A DNA stretch of 10,047 nt, from contig JBIKWF010000138.1 in the NCBI GenBank assembly GCA_044356455.1, positions 1 through 10,047 of the forward strand, given 5' to 3'. The notes below the pieces were generated by a model that did no database searches, had not been told where the DNA came from, and saw nothing but the letters and a program-made list of their open reading frames with translations. Below, piece by piece: positions 1 through 7,567 of this stretch. Numbering within the stretch: position 1 is the first letter of the stretch; each line of letters begins with the position of its first letter. Position numbers and translations under genes: made by a program. Origin of the DNA: Bdellovibrionota bacterium (GTDB taxonomy: Bacteria > Bdellovibrionota_C > UBA2361 > JBGSMV01).

Positions 1-1
1 T

Positions 2-919
2 GAGGATGAAATTAAGCGAAAAGGGATTCTTATAGGGGATACCGTAATCGTGCGCAGGCAAGGAGATGTTATTCCTGCGGTAGTTGCTCCGATTGTGGAG
101 AAGCGGAGCGGAAAGGAGCGCGCGTTTCTTTTCCCAAAAGAATGCCCACGCTGCGGAGCTCCTTCTGTGCGGGGAGAAGACGAGGCCGTGGCGCGCTGCC
201 CTAATGCGGCCTGCCCTGCGAAGCTGCTCGAGCGAGTGCTGCATTACGCATCAAGAGATGGAGTCGATATTGAGGGGCTCGGCGAGAAGCTTGTCGAGCT
301 GCTTCTTGAGCATGGGCTGCTTAAGGATATCGCGAGCCTGTATGAGCTTACCTCCTCTCAGCTCAAAGAACTTCCCCGCATGGGTGAGCTTTCAAGCGAG
401 AATCTTGTGGCTGCAATTAATAAGAGCCGCAGTCCCGCGCTTGGGAAATTTATCTATGCACTCGGGATTCGGCATGTAGGAGAGCGCACGGCAGCGCTGC
501 TTGCAAAAAAAGCTGGGTCCCTTAAAAAGTTTCTCGCCCTCACTGAGCCTGAGCTCTTGGAGGTAGATGAGGTAGGCGCCGAGATTGCGGCCTCTACTGC
601 GGCGTTTCTGGCCGACCCTACTGAGCGGGCTTTGATTGACCGCCTTCTTGCGCTCGGAGTTGAGGTTCAAGATGCGGCTCAGCCTCAAAGTTCAGAGCTC
701 CAGGGGAAAACGTTTGTGCTCACGGGAACCTTGCCGACCCTTTCCCGGAAGGAAGCGGAGACACTAATTCTCGACCGCGGCGGAAAGGTTTCTGGTTCTG
801 TAAGTAAGAAAACAAGTTATGTGGTTGCGGGGGCCGAGGCTGGGTCTAAGCTTGAGAAAGCAACCGAGCTGGGAGTTCCTGTGCTGGATGAGGCGGAGTT
901 TCGGAAGTTGTTGGGGTAG
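2..919 (+). CDS. ligA: NAD-dependent DNA ligase, 3' part (5' end lies outside the window)
   Basis: Frame is open from base 2 (EDEIKRKGILIGDTVIVRRQGDVIP, OB-fold end). It is followed by a C4 zinc finger (CPRC...RCPNAAC), helix-hairpin-helix repeats (DIEGLGEK, LPRMGE, ALGIRHVGE, VDEVGAE) and a C-terminal BRCT domain (GKTFVLTGTL...GGKVSGSVSKKTSYVVAG..AGSKL.KA.ELGV). TAG stop at 917-919. Confidence 0.97.
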   Translation, partial: EDEIKRKGILIGDTVIVRRQGDVIPAVVAPIVEKRSGKERAFLFPKECPRCGAPSVRGEDEAVARCPNAACPAKLLERVLHYASRDGVDIEGLGEKLVELLLEHGLLKDIASLYELTSSQLKELPRMGELSSENLVAAINKSRSPALGKFIYALGIRHVGERTAALLAKKAGSLKKFLALTEPELLEVDEVGAEIAASTAAFLADPTERALIDRLLALGVEVQDAAQPQSSELQGKTFVLTGTLPTLSRKEAETLILDRGGKVSGSVSKKTSYVVAGAEAGSKLEKATELGVPVLDEAEFRKLLG

Positions 920-1411
920 GGCGGGCCGTTTCGCCTCTGCCAGTAGGCGACGGCGAGACAAAACCTCAGCGTGCCGAGACAATTGTGGCGCCTAGTCCAC
1001 ATGCGGCGAAAACTACCCAATCAGACTAATGGATAAAAACCCATCACGTGCCAGCACGAAAGATCTTGCGGCACCGCGGGGACGCGGCGCCCTACCGAGA
1101 TGCCACGCCTATGGGTAGGGCGCGCCGTTCCGCCTCTGCCAGTAGGCGACGGCGCGACGCGCGCCCCGGCGTGCCGAAACAAATGCGGCGCCTAGTCCAC
1201 ATGCGGCGAAAACTACCCAATCAGACTAATTGAGAAAAACCAACCACGTGCCAGCACGAAAGATCTTGCGGCACCGCGGGGACGCGGCGCCCTACCGAGA
1301 TGCCACGCCTATCGGTAGGGCGCGCCGTTCCGCCTCTGCCAGTAGGCGACGGCGCGACGCGCGCCCCGGCGTGCCGAAACAACTGGCAGAGGCGGAACGC
1401 GGCGCGCTACC
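915..1411. repeat. Tandem array of GTAG-type REP/REPIN-like palindromic elements: two ~182-bp units and one ~98-bp hairpin unit
   Basis: Units at 915-1096, 1114-1296 and 1314-1411 (period 199-200 bp). Each begins GGTAGGGCG and ends CGCCCTACC (third: CGCGCTACC). Units are separated by a near-identical 17-bp linker GAGATGCCACGCCTAT(G/C). The array lies between convergent genes. Confidence 0.9.
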
Positions 1412-1442
1412 TAGGAAAACTCAGAAAGCTTCCCCCGGCTCC

Positions 1443-3710
1443 TTAATTGATTGCGGTCTGCGCCACAGCTAGTCCACTTATAGCGGTTGAGCCCGCGCCA
1501 ATTACTCCTACGCTCGAGGTAGTGCCATTCACCAAGTTGATCGAGTAAAGACTTGTCACCCCACCTACCGTGAGGGCCGCATAACCAGTCCCCGAGGCTA
1601 CCGCGGCATTCGATGTTGCGGTTGTTCTTACTTCAGGCGGAATTTCAAATCCTAATCGCGAGCTGAAATCCAAAGGATTCCCTCCCAAGGTAAGCGCTTG
1701 AGCAAGGGTCTGGGTGCCTGAGTTGGGCGGGTTCTGAATGTAGAGAGAGTCTGTTGCAGAGTCTAACGTATACTGGGTCGTTATAGTGGTCCCTGATTGC
1801 GCAAAGGCATTCGTGTAGGACGTGCCAAAGGCCGAAGTAGTTCCAGTATTTATATCTCCATCTGGGTTAGTTCCAGAAATGCTCGATCCTGTCCCTCCGT
1901 TCCCGTCTACTCCTGCACCGGTGCTGGGGTTGATTCTGAAATTGAGGGAGCCGCTTACGACTCTAACTCTGTCTACGGTAGGGTTGAAATTGAATCCATA
2001 ACCGTTCGAGGAAGGATCGGGCAGCTGAACGGTAGTGGACCCGTCAGAGGTGAACGCAATTTGCCCTGCAGAGCCTATTGCGGTGACTGCTCCCGTTTGT
2101 GGGTCAATGAGATAAAGGGTCGCGGTATCCGCAGAGGAATTAACCCCTAGCGTGTAATATTGACCAGTCGACGGGCGGATATCTAAGCCCACCAGGGTTT
2201 CTCCTGACGTTACGCCAGAGACCGAAACCGTGGTTATGGTACCAGGAGTTGCGCTGCTAAACCTGAGAAGATTCAGCCCATCTGCGGAGAGCGCAACCAT
2301 TGGGACTCCCGAGGGTGCTTGCAATGCTAAGCCAAGAATATCTGTTGATACGTTCCCAATAAGGTCGGTCCCGCTAATGGCCCCCGACGTTAAATTTACT
2401 TGGCAGAAGACCTGCTGACTTGAGGAAGCTAACTCGAGTACCGCAAAGCCCTGTCCACTTGAAACCGCAGCGTTAGAGCTTGAGGCGTTGATCCCGGAGG
2501 GAATGTCGAATCCTCGAGCTGCGATGATATCAGTTCCCAGGCTAAGGCCAGATGCTTGAGTGCCTGCATTCGGGGGAGTTTGAATGTAGAGCGAATCCGT
2601 CACTGAATCTAAGGTATAGAGCGTCGTTATGGAGCCGTTGTTAGGCTGGTTATTGGTGTACGCGCCCTCTTCTACGGTTGTTGTTGCCCCGTTAATAGCT
2701 CCGTCCATGTTGGTGCCGGCTACGGAGCCGCTGGCGCCGCCGAGATCACCGTCAATGAAGGCTCCCGTATTGGGGTTAATCCTGAAGGTTTGACCACTGC
2801 TCGTGACTACGCGAAGCCGGTCGACCGCAGGATTAAAATCAATGCCGATGAGCGTTGCTGAGTCCACACCAATTCTGACTGGATTTCCGCCGGCATCAAC
2901 ATAGGAGCCCGTGGAGCCGACCGCGGTTGCAATGCCCGTTTGCGTCGAAATTAAATAAAGCCGAACAGTTCCGGATGTGCCGTTATAGCCTAAGCCGTAG
3001 AGCATGCCGTTTTGAGGCCTACGATCGATGCTCGCGATGACATCTCCTGCAGTGACGCCCGTGAGAGACGCAGCACTAGGGGCTCCCGCAGCGTCTGAGG
3101 TGTTAAACGCCACCACCTGATTGCCTGTGAGGAGTGCATTTGCATTCGGCGTCGGTGTATTAGTCGGGGTGTTAGTTGGAGTGCTGGTGGGCGTGCTTGT
3201 AGGAGTAGCAGTTTCTGTCGGCACCTCAGTCGGAGCTGCAGTCGGTGCACTCGTGGGGGCGCTTGTCGGTGAAGCAACGGCCGTTTGTGTGGGGGTAGGC
3301 GAGGGAGTTGGCCTCCTTGCCAGACATTTAACGGTGGCACGCTTATTCGTGGCTGAGGAAACAGACAGGAAACACTGATTTCGCTGAATTGTGAGGCGCT
3401 GACGCGGGAGTAGCGCTACGGAGGTAGCGGTGCTTGTCGCTTTTGCATTTTGAGAGTTGTTTAAGGCGGCCCCGCACCTTACGACAACACGACTAAAGGA
3501 GCTTGCGCCTACGGTTAAATTACAGCGTTTGCCAAGGACTCTTAACGTGGCAGATTTCTCCAAGGTTCTTGTCACGGGAGTAGGAGTGCCTGCGGCATAG
3601 GCCGGAGCGACATACGACGTGCCGCCGAAAGTAACCGCAGCGGCGGTTCCCAAGATTAACGCGCTAATTTTTAGGAATCGAGCAACGGGGGAGGGCAGGC
3701 TAAAAGTCAT
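1443..3710 (-). CDS. Secreted/surface protein with two tandem DUF4394-like domains, a Pro/Thr-rich linker and a small Cys-paired N-terminal region
   Basis: 755 aa; AGGAG Shine-Dalgarno just upstream of the ATG. Signal-peptide-like N-terminus ending AYA-A, then a PT linker at aa ~134-188. Two ~280-aa homologous domains share IDRRPQNGMLYGL/LDIRPSTGQYYTL, GIDFNPAVDRLRVV/GFNFNPTVDRVRVV, AYTN/SYTN, TTLYTLDS/TTQYTLDS and LYIQTPPNAG/LYIQNPPNSG, which I recognise as DUF4394-type motifs. Confidence 0.88.
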   Translation of the reverse strand: MTFSLPSPVARFLKISALILGTAAAVTFGGTSYVAPAYAAGTPTPVTRTLEKSATLRVLGKRCNLTVGASSFSRVVVRCGAALNNSQNAKATSTATSVALLPRQRLTIQRNQCFLSVSSATNKRATVKCLARRPTPSPTPTQTAVASPTSAPTSAPTAAPTEVPTETATPTSTPTSTPTNTPTNTPTPNANALLTGNQVVAFNTSDAAGAPSAASLTGVTAGDVIASIDRRPQNGMLYGLGYNGTSGTVRLYLISTQTGIATAVGSTGSYVDAGGNPVRIGVDSATLIGIDFNPAVDRLRVVTSSGQTFRINPNTGAFIDGDLGGASGSVAGTNMDGAINGATTTVEEGAYTNNQPNNGSITTLYTLDSVTDSLYIQTPPNAGTQASGLSLGTDIIAARGFDIPSGINASSSNAAVSSGQGFAVLELASSSQQVFCQVNLTSGAISGTDLIGNVSTDILGLALQAPSGVPMVALSADGLNLLRFSSATPGTITTVSVSGVTSGETLVGLDIRPSTGQYYTLGVNSSADTATLYLIDPQTGAVTAIGSAGQIAFTSDGSTTVQLPDPSSNGYGFNFNPTVDRVRVVSGSLNFRINPSTGAGVDGNGGTGSSISGTNPDGDINTGTTSAFGTSYTNAFAQSGTTITTQYTLDSATDSLYIQNPPNSGTQTLAQALTLGGNPLDFSSRLGFEIPPEVRTTATSNAAVASGTGYAALTVGGVTSLYSINLVNGTTSSVGVIGAGSTAISGLAVAQTAIN

Positions 3711-3713
3711 AAG

Positions 3714-3718
3714 CTCCT
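3714..3718 (-). promoter_or_regulatory. Shine-Dalgarno (AGGAG) of the DUF4394-like gene
   Basis: Minus strand reads CAAGGAGCTT-ATG. Confidence 0.65.
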
Positions 3719-3852
3719 TGCGACCAAAATGCTTGGTGTTGAAAAAAGCTACCAGTCACTTGACGAAAATGCTACGGCTTTTTTGATAAGTGGTTGGGTG
3801 CTGATTTTGCGGCGGCCTCGACTTTGTCTCGTCGCCTCCTCCTCGTACCTAA

Positions 3853-3981
3853 GGAACCTCTGAAAAACATCGCAATTTTATTTTTTCTCTCAGTGAGCTC
3901 TGTGTCCTCTGTGGTTTTTCAACAATTTAAATCAACCACAGAGGGCACAGAGTTCACAGAGAGGATTTTTTCAGAGATTCC
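3853..3981. repeat. Nested inverted repeat (CACAGAG 9-mer family), MITE/REP-like or terminator-like hairpin
   Basis: Inner arms 3887-3916 and 3934-3963 (30 bp, 27 complementary, 17-nt AT-rich loop) are built from 9-bp units accacagag/ggcacagag/ttcacagag. Outer arms are GGAACCTCTGAAAAA (3853-3867) and TTTTTCAGAGATTCC (3967-3981), 14/15 complementary. Confidence 0.85.
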
Positions 3982-4830
3982 CTAATTGAGCGGCACCCGT
4001 GCTTCAATGGCCCACTTACTTTCAGAACCTGCGGGCTTGCCCTTAACTCCCTCAGCCGGAAACGCTCCTTCTGCCTGAAGCTCGACCAGCTCGCCCTTTT
4101 TCCTTTGGCACGAGATCTTTTTTAGTTCAGTAGCCCCTGAGTCTGTAGCGACTCGAGAAAGGGACCTTGAGCCGGAAACAAGTTCGTAGTTTTTTACGCC
4201 AACGAGTGTGCAATCAGAGCCAAACGGGCTAAGCGCTATTTTTACTCGAAGCAGGGGAGTGGGGGTGAGTGTTTGGGCGAACGTTTCTGCGTTCTGAAGG
4301 CTAGTTCTTTGCTCTTCTGAAAGCTCGGCTCCAAAAAAAGCGAGCTCGACCTCGGTTCGCCCGCGCCTAAGAATAGCTACTGCGTCAAGAACAGAGACCG
4401 AATCGCTGCCCGACTGAACATAGCCCTTCCCGAATAGTGGTCCTCGCATGGCTTCAGCCTCGGAAAGCACTTCCTCTGGTTTCAGAAGCTGCACGGGAGC
4501 AGCCTGGATTCTTGAGGCTCCTGGCGCGGGATTCTCTGCAAAACGCTGCCTTGTGCTCGCGGAAAGGGGAGCCGCCGCTTGGCCATGCTCCTCCACAGAG
4601 GTGAGATTTCTGACTCCTAGCCACACAAAAATACCCCCAACTGCGAGGGCTGAAAGCGCAAGGAGTCCAATGATGAGTCCGGCACTTAATGCCTTTCCCT
4701 GCGGCTCATTTGGCGCTGGCGGTTCATGCGCAGTATCGCCGGTCTTAGGCTCAGGGGCTCCAAGGGGAGGAGATGGGGGGCCGTTTGAGCTTGGCTTCGA
4801 AGAGTTGTCGGGGGGTAAGGAGTGTTTCAC
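3982..4830 (-). CDS. Hypothetical single-pass membrane protein
   Basis: 282-aa ORF with GTG start (start position uncertain). Pro-rich disordered N-terminus, one hydrophobic helix (LSAGLIIGLLALSALAVGGIFVWLGV), then a beta-rich-looking domain with two Cys. It fills the gap between flanking genes. No family recognised. Confidence 0.75.
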   Translation of the reverse strand: MKHSLPPDNSSKPSSNGPPSPPLGAPEPKTGDTAHEPPAPNEPQGKALSAGLIIGLLALSALAVGGIFVWLGVRNLTSVEEHGQAAAPLSASTRQRFAENPAPGASRIQAAPVQLLKPEEVLSEAEAMRGPLFGKGYVQSGSDSVSVLDAVAILRRGRTEVELAFFGAELSEEQRTSLQNAETFAQTLTPTPLLRVKIALSPFGSDCTLVGVKNYELVSGSRSLSRVATDSGATELKKISCQRKKGELVELQAEGAFPAEGVKGKPAGSESKWAIEARVPLN

Positions 4831-4899
4831 CCTGGTATGCTAATGGCCTGAGGTGCTCTAGAGCAAGCTCCAAATGAGTGGGTAACCCCTTTCGATTAC

Positions 4900-4928
4900 T
4901 TGTTTTTAAGGGCTCTCCCAGCTAGATT
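4900..4928 (+). promoter_or_regulatory. Candidate sigma70-type promoter for gltX
   Basis: TTGTTT (4900-4905), 17-bp spacer, TAGATT (4923-4928), 30 bp upstream of the gltX ATG. Confidence 0.45.
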
Positions 4929-4958
4929 TTAAGCCAACAATTTTCATTTAGAGTACTT

Positions 4959-6425
4959 ATGTCAGAAGTTCGCACCCGTTACGCCCCAAGCCCCACAGGG
5001 TTTTTGCACGTGGGGGGAGCTCGCACCGCTCTCTTCTCTTGGCTGCTCGCACGTCACTTCGGCGGCAAGTTTCTTCTTCGTATCGAAGATACTGATCAAG
5101 AGCGCCTGGTACCTGGCGCCATTCGCGGCATGCTTGAGGAGCTCAAGTGGTTTGGGATTGTTCCTGATGAAGGCCCAAGTCATGAGGAGCTAAGGAAAGT
5201 AGGGGAGGACCCCACCGGCATGCCTGAGCTTGGCGGACCTTGTGGGCCCTACACTCAGAGCCTGCGTCTACCGCGCTATCAAGAAGTAGCCGAGCAGCTC
5301 ATTAAACTTGGCGCATGTTACCGCTGTGATTGCACGCCTGAAATGCTTGAGCGCGAGCGGCTTGAGCAGGCAGCTCGTAAAGAGTCTCCGGGATACACCG
5401 GCTATTGCCGAGATAGAAATGTTCCTGCGACTGCTAAGCATGTCGTCCGTTTCAAGATGCCCTTTAAGAAAACGGTGGTGCTTGAGGACGCGGTGAAGGG
5501 CAAGGTCGTGTGGGATTCTATTCCACTTAAGGACACCGTGCTTCTAAAAAGTGACGGGTTCCCTACGTACCACCTTGCAGTAGTGGTGGATGACCACGAC
5601 ATGAAGATTACTCACATTCTTAGAGGTGATGAGTGGTTGTCGACAGCGCCGTTGCATGTGCTTCTTTATGAGGCGCTTGGCTGGGAGAAACCTGTCTTCG
5701 CCCATTTGCCCGTTATTAAGGGCGCAAATGGCAAAAAACTCTCGAAGCGCGATGGGTCAGTCCACACGAGTGCGTTCCGTGAAGAAGGTTACCTTGCCGA
5801 AGCCCTGCTCAATTTTACGGTGCTGATTGGCTGGTCTGAAGGCGATGGCACGGAGCAGGAAATTTATACGCGAGAGGAGCTCATTAAGAAGTTCACTCTT
5901 GAGCGCGTAAATCCTGCGAGCGGAATATTTGATTACGGCAAACTTGCCTGGATGAACGGCACGTATTTACGGCAGATGCCCTATGAAGAGTTCCACAAGG
6001 AAGCAAAGAAATTTATCGAGAAGAAGGGGCTTACGATTACTGATGAGCGCCTAAGAGCAATTGGTCCCTTGGTGCAGGAGCGCGTAAAAGTGCTCTCCGA
6101 GGTGCCTCCGATGGTAGATTTCTTATGCGTTGATAAAATTCAGCGTAATCTTGAAGAGATGATTGCAAAGGATGTGGACCACGCGAAAGCGAAGCTCATC
6201 TTGCAAAAAGCCTACGAGAAACTTTCGGCCATTTCTAATTTCGTGCATGCAGAAATCGAAGCAGCGCTAAGGCCTATGGCCGAAGAGTTTGGCGTGAAAG
6301 CGGGCTCCGTTTTTGGAGTGATGCGCATCGCCGTGATGGGGAAGAAGGTAACGCCGCCGCTATTCGAGTCGCTTGCGGCTTTGGGGAAGGCGGAGACTTT
6401 GGCGCGGATTGCAGAGGTAAAATAG
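4959..6425 (+). CDS. gltX: Glutamate--tRNA ligase
   Basis: 488 aa with VRTRYAPSPTGFLHVGG (HIGH motif), FLLRIEDTD, KSDGFPTYHLAVVVDDH, THILRGDEWL and KKLSKR (KMSKS motif). The complete C-terminal anticodon-binding domain distinguishes it from the truncated GluQ. Confidence 0.97.
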   Translation: MSEVRTRYAPSPTGFLHVGGARTALFSWLLARHFGGKFLLRIEDTDQERLVPGAIRGMLEELKWFGIVPDEGPSHEELRKVGEDPTGMPELGGPCGPYTQSLRLPRYQEVAEQLIKLGACYRCDCTPEMLERERLEQAARKESPGYTGYCRDRNVPATAKHVVRFKMPFKKTVVLEDAVKGKVVWDSIPLKDTVLLKSDGFPTYHLAVVVDDHDMKITHILRGDEWLSTAPLHVLLYEALGWEKPVFAHLPVIKGANGKKLSKRDGSVHTSAFREEGYLAEALLNFTVLIGWSEGDGTEQEIYTREELIKKFTLERVNPASGIFDYGKLAWMNGTYLRQMPYEEFHKEAKKFIEKKGLTITDERLRAIGPLVQERVKVLSEVPPMVDFLCVDKIQRNLEEMIAKDVDHAKAKLILQKAYEKLSAISNFVHAEIEAALRPMAEEFGVKAGSVFGVMRIAVMGKKVTPPLFESLAALGKAETLARIAEVK

Positions 6426-6481
6426 GCGAAATCTGAGGAAATTCTGAAAAGCCGACTGTCTTAATAATCCCTTTTAAAAAT

Positions 6482-6560
6482 CCTCTGTGTACCTTCGTGT
6501 CTTCGGTGGAGAATTCCTTGATGAAAACTTCACCACAGAGGACTGAGAGGTAAACAGAGG
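6482..6560. repeat. Degenerate inverted repeat of the CACAGAG 9-mer family between convergent genes; possible bidirectional terminator
   Basis: Arms 6482-6509 and 6533-6560 (28 bp, 21 complementary), flanked by an A-run (6476-6480) and a T-run (6565-6571). Same ACCACAGAG motif as 3934-3963. Confidence 0.75.
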
Positions 6561-6615
6561 TAAGTTTTTTTAGGGGCGCCTGGGTAATCTTCTAATTGCA
6601 GCGATGCCGAAGTGA

Positions 6616-7536
6616 CTAAGCTTGCTGCATCCGCTTAAAGAGTGCCTCAACGTCGGCACCAATGAGCGCCTTCTTCCCCACCAGCGTCCCGATGTGCTCG
6701 TTGCTTAAGCCCGCAGGAGCGAAGCAGTCACCAAAGTCACCGAGAAAATGTTCCGGGTTGTTGGGGATAATCCAGCCCCGCTCATTGAGGCGATTATCAA
6801 AGGATGCGCCATAGATTGAAATCTCGGGGAACCTGTTTCGAACCCTCGCGGCAGCCTCGGGCGTTACAAATATGCCCACCACATGAACTTGAGAGAGCGG
6901 TAAATCCTTTGCCGGGCCTTTAAGAGCCGCCTCAAGAGCAGTAATCATCGCGTTGCCAGTTCCAATCATGGGGTCGCACAAAAGTAGGTGCGTATCTGGT
7001 CTGTACTGCAATGAGTTCCAGCGCTCATAATACGAGTGAGATTGTAGTGTTTGGGGATCTCGCTTAAGTCCTAAATGGCAAACCTCAACCCCCTTGGGCG
7101 CATCTGCAAAACATAGTCCAGCACGCCATACGCAACAGGCTGCGGTAGGGGCTCCGCCTAATCCCTTTGTGACCTCTGCTAGAAGCAAGGAGGCGGTAAG
7201 GTACGAGGCAGCAGCGAAGTTAATGTCATAGTCTATTTGCTCTTGCGGTTGAAAACGCTCTCGAAACTTAGGCGGCATTCTAAAGAGCGGCGCCATGGCC
7301 TCTGCGGGAACTACCACTTCATTAATCTTAGGATCTCTGCGAAGGGTTTCCTGTAGATGACTGTATACTTCTGGAGGGAATGGGCAAAAAACATGGGTTT
7401 TGTCACCCCCGGTTGGGCGACGCGCGAAAAGCGCCTCGATATCGATTCCACTCGACCCGATTGGTAAGCTTGTAGTCGATTGTCGCTGCGAGGAGTGAGT
7501 CGCTGGGGGAGAGCAATGAGTGTGGGAAGTATGCAT
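6616..7536 (-). CDS. upp: Divergent uracil phosphoribosyltransferase-like protein (type I PRTase)
   Basis: Motifs VWRAGL (cf. ILRAGL), HLGLKRDPQTL..SYY (cf. HIGLYRDEETL..YY), LLCDPMIGTG (UPRT-type D-P PRPP motif, cf. DPMLATG) and DNRLNERGWIIP...LGDFGD (cf. LNEKGYIVPGLGDAGD). AGAGGT SD upstream. Family assignment is firm; substrate is uncertain. Confidence 0.8.
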   Translation of the reverse strand: MHTSHTHCSPPATHSSQRQSTTSLPIGSSGIDIEALFARRPTGGDKTHVFCPFPPEVYSHLQETLRRDPKINEVVVPAEAMAPLFRMPPKFRERFQPQEQIDYDINFAAASYLTASLLLAEVTKGLGGAPTAACCVWRAGLCFADAPKGVEVCHLGLKRDPQTLQSHSYYERWNSLQYRPDTHLLLCDPMIGTGNAMITALEAALKGPAKDLPLSQVHVVGIFVTPEAAARVRNRFPEISIYGASFDNRLNERGWIIPNNPEHFLGDFGDCFAPAGLSNEHIGTLVGKKALIGADVEALFKRMQQA

Positions 7537-7567
7537 ATGCGGGTACCTCTGTAACTAATTCATTAAC

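Noticed and set aside
915..1411. CRISPR array
   Set aside because: The period is ~200 bp, the intervening sequences are near-identical rather than unique spacers, and there are no cas genes in the window.
1048..1472. 61-aa and 80-aa ORFs with duplicated Arg-rich sequence
   Set aside because: They are translations of the GC-rich tandem repeat, with no coding signal.
3121..3378. 85-aa hydrophobic VGVLVGV ORF on the + strand
   Set aside because: Antisense shadow of the Pro/Thr linker codons.
3742..3784. AAAAAAGC...GCTTTTTT terminator or operator upstream of the DUF4394-like gene
   Set aside because: Only 8 bp of mostly A/T pairing around a 27-nt loop, too weak to call.
3794..3985. 63-aa ORF containing SVSSVSSVV...TTEGTEFTE
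   Set aside because: The periodic peptide is a by-product of the 9-bp inverted repeat.
4959..6425. Glutamyl-queuosine tRNA(Asp) synthetase (gluQ)
   Set aside because: The protein is full length with an anticodon-binding domain, so it is gltX.
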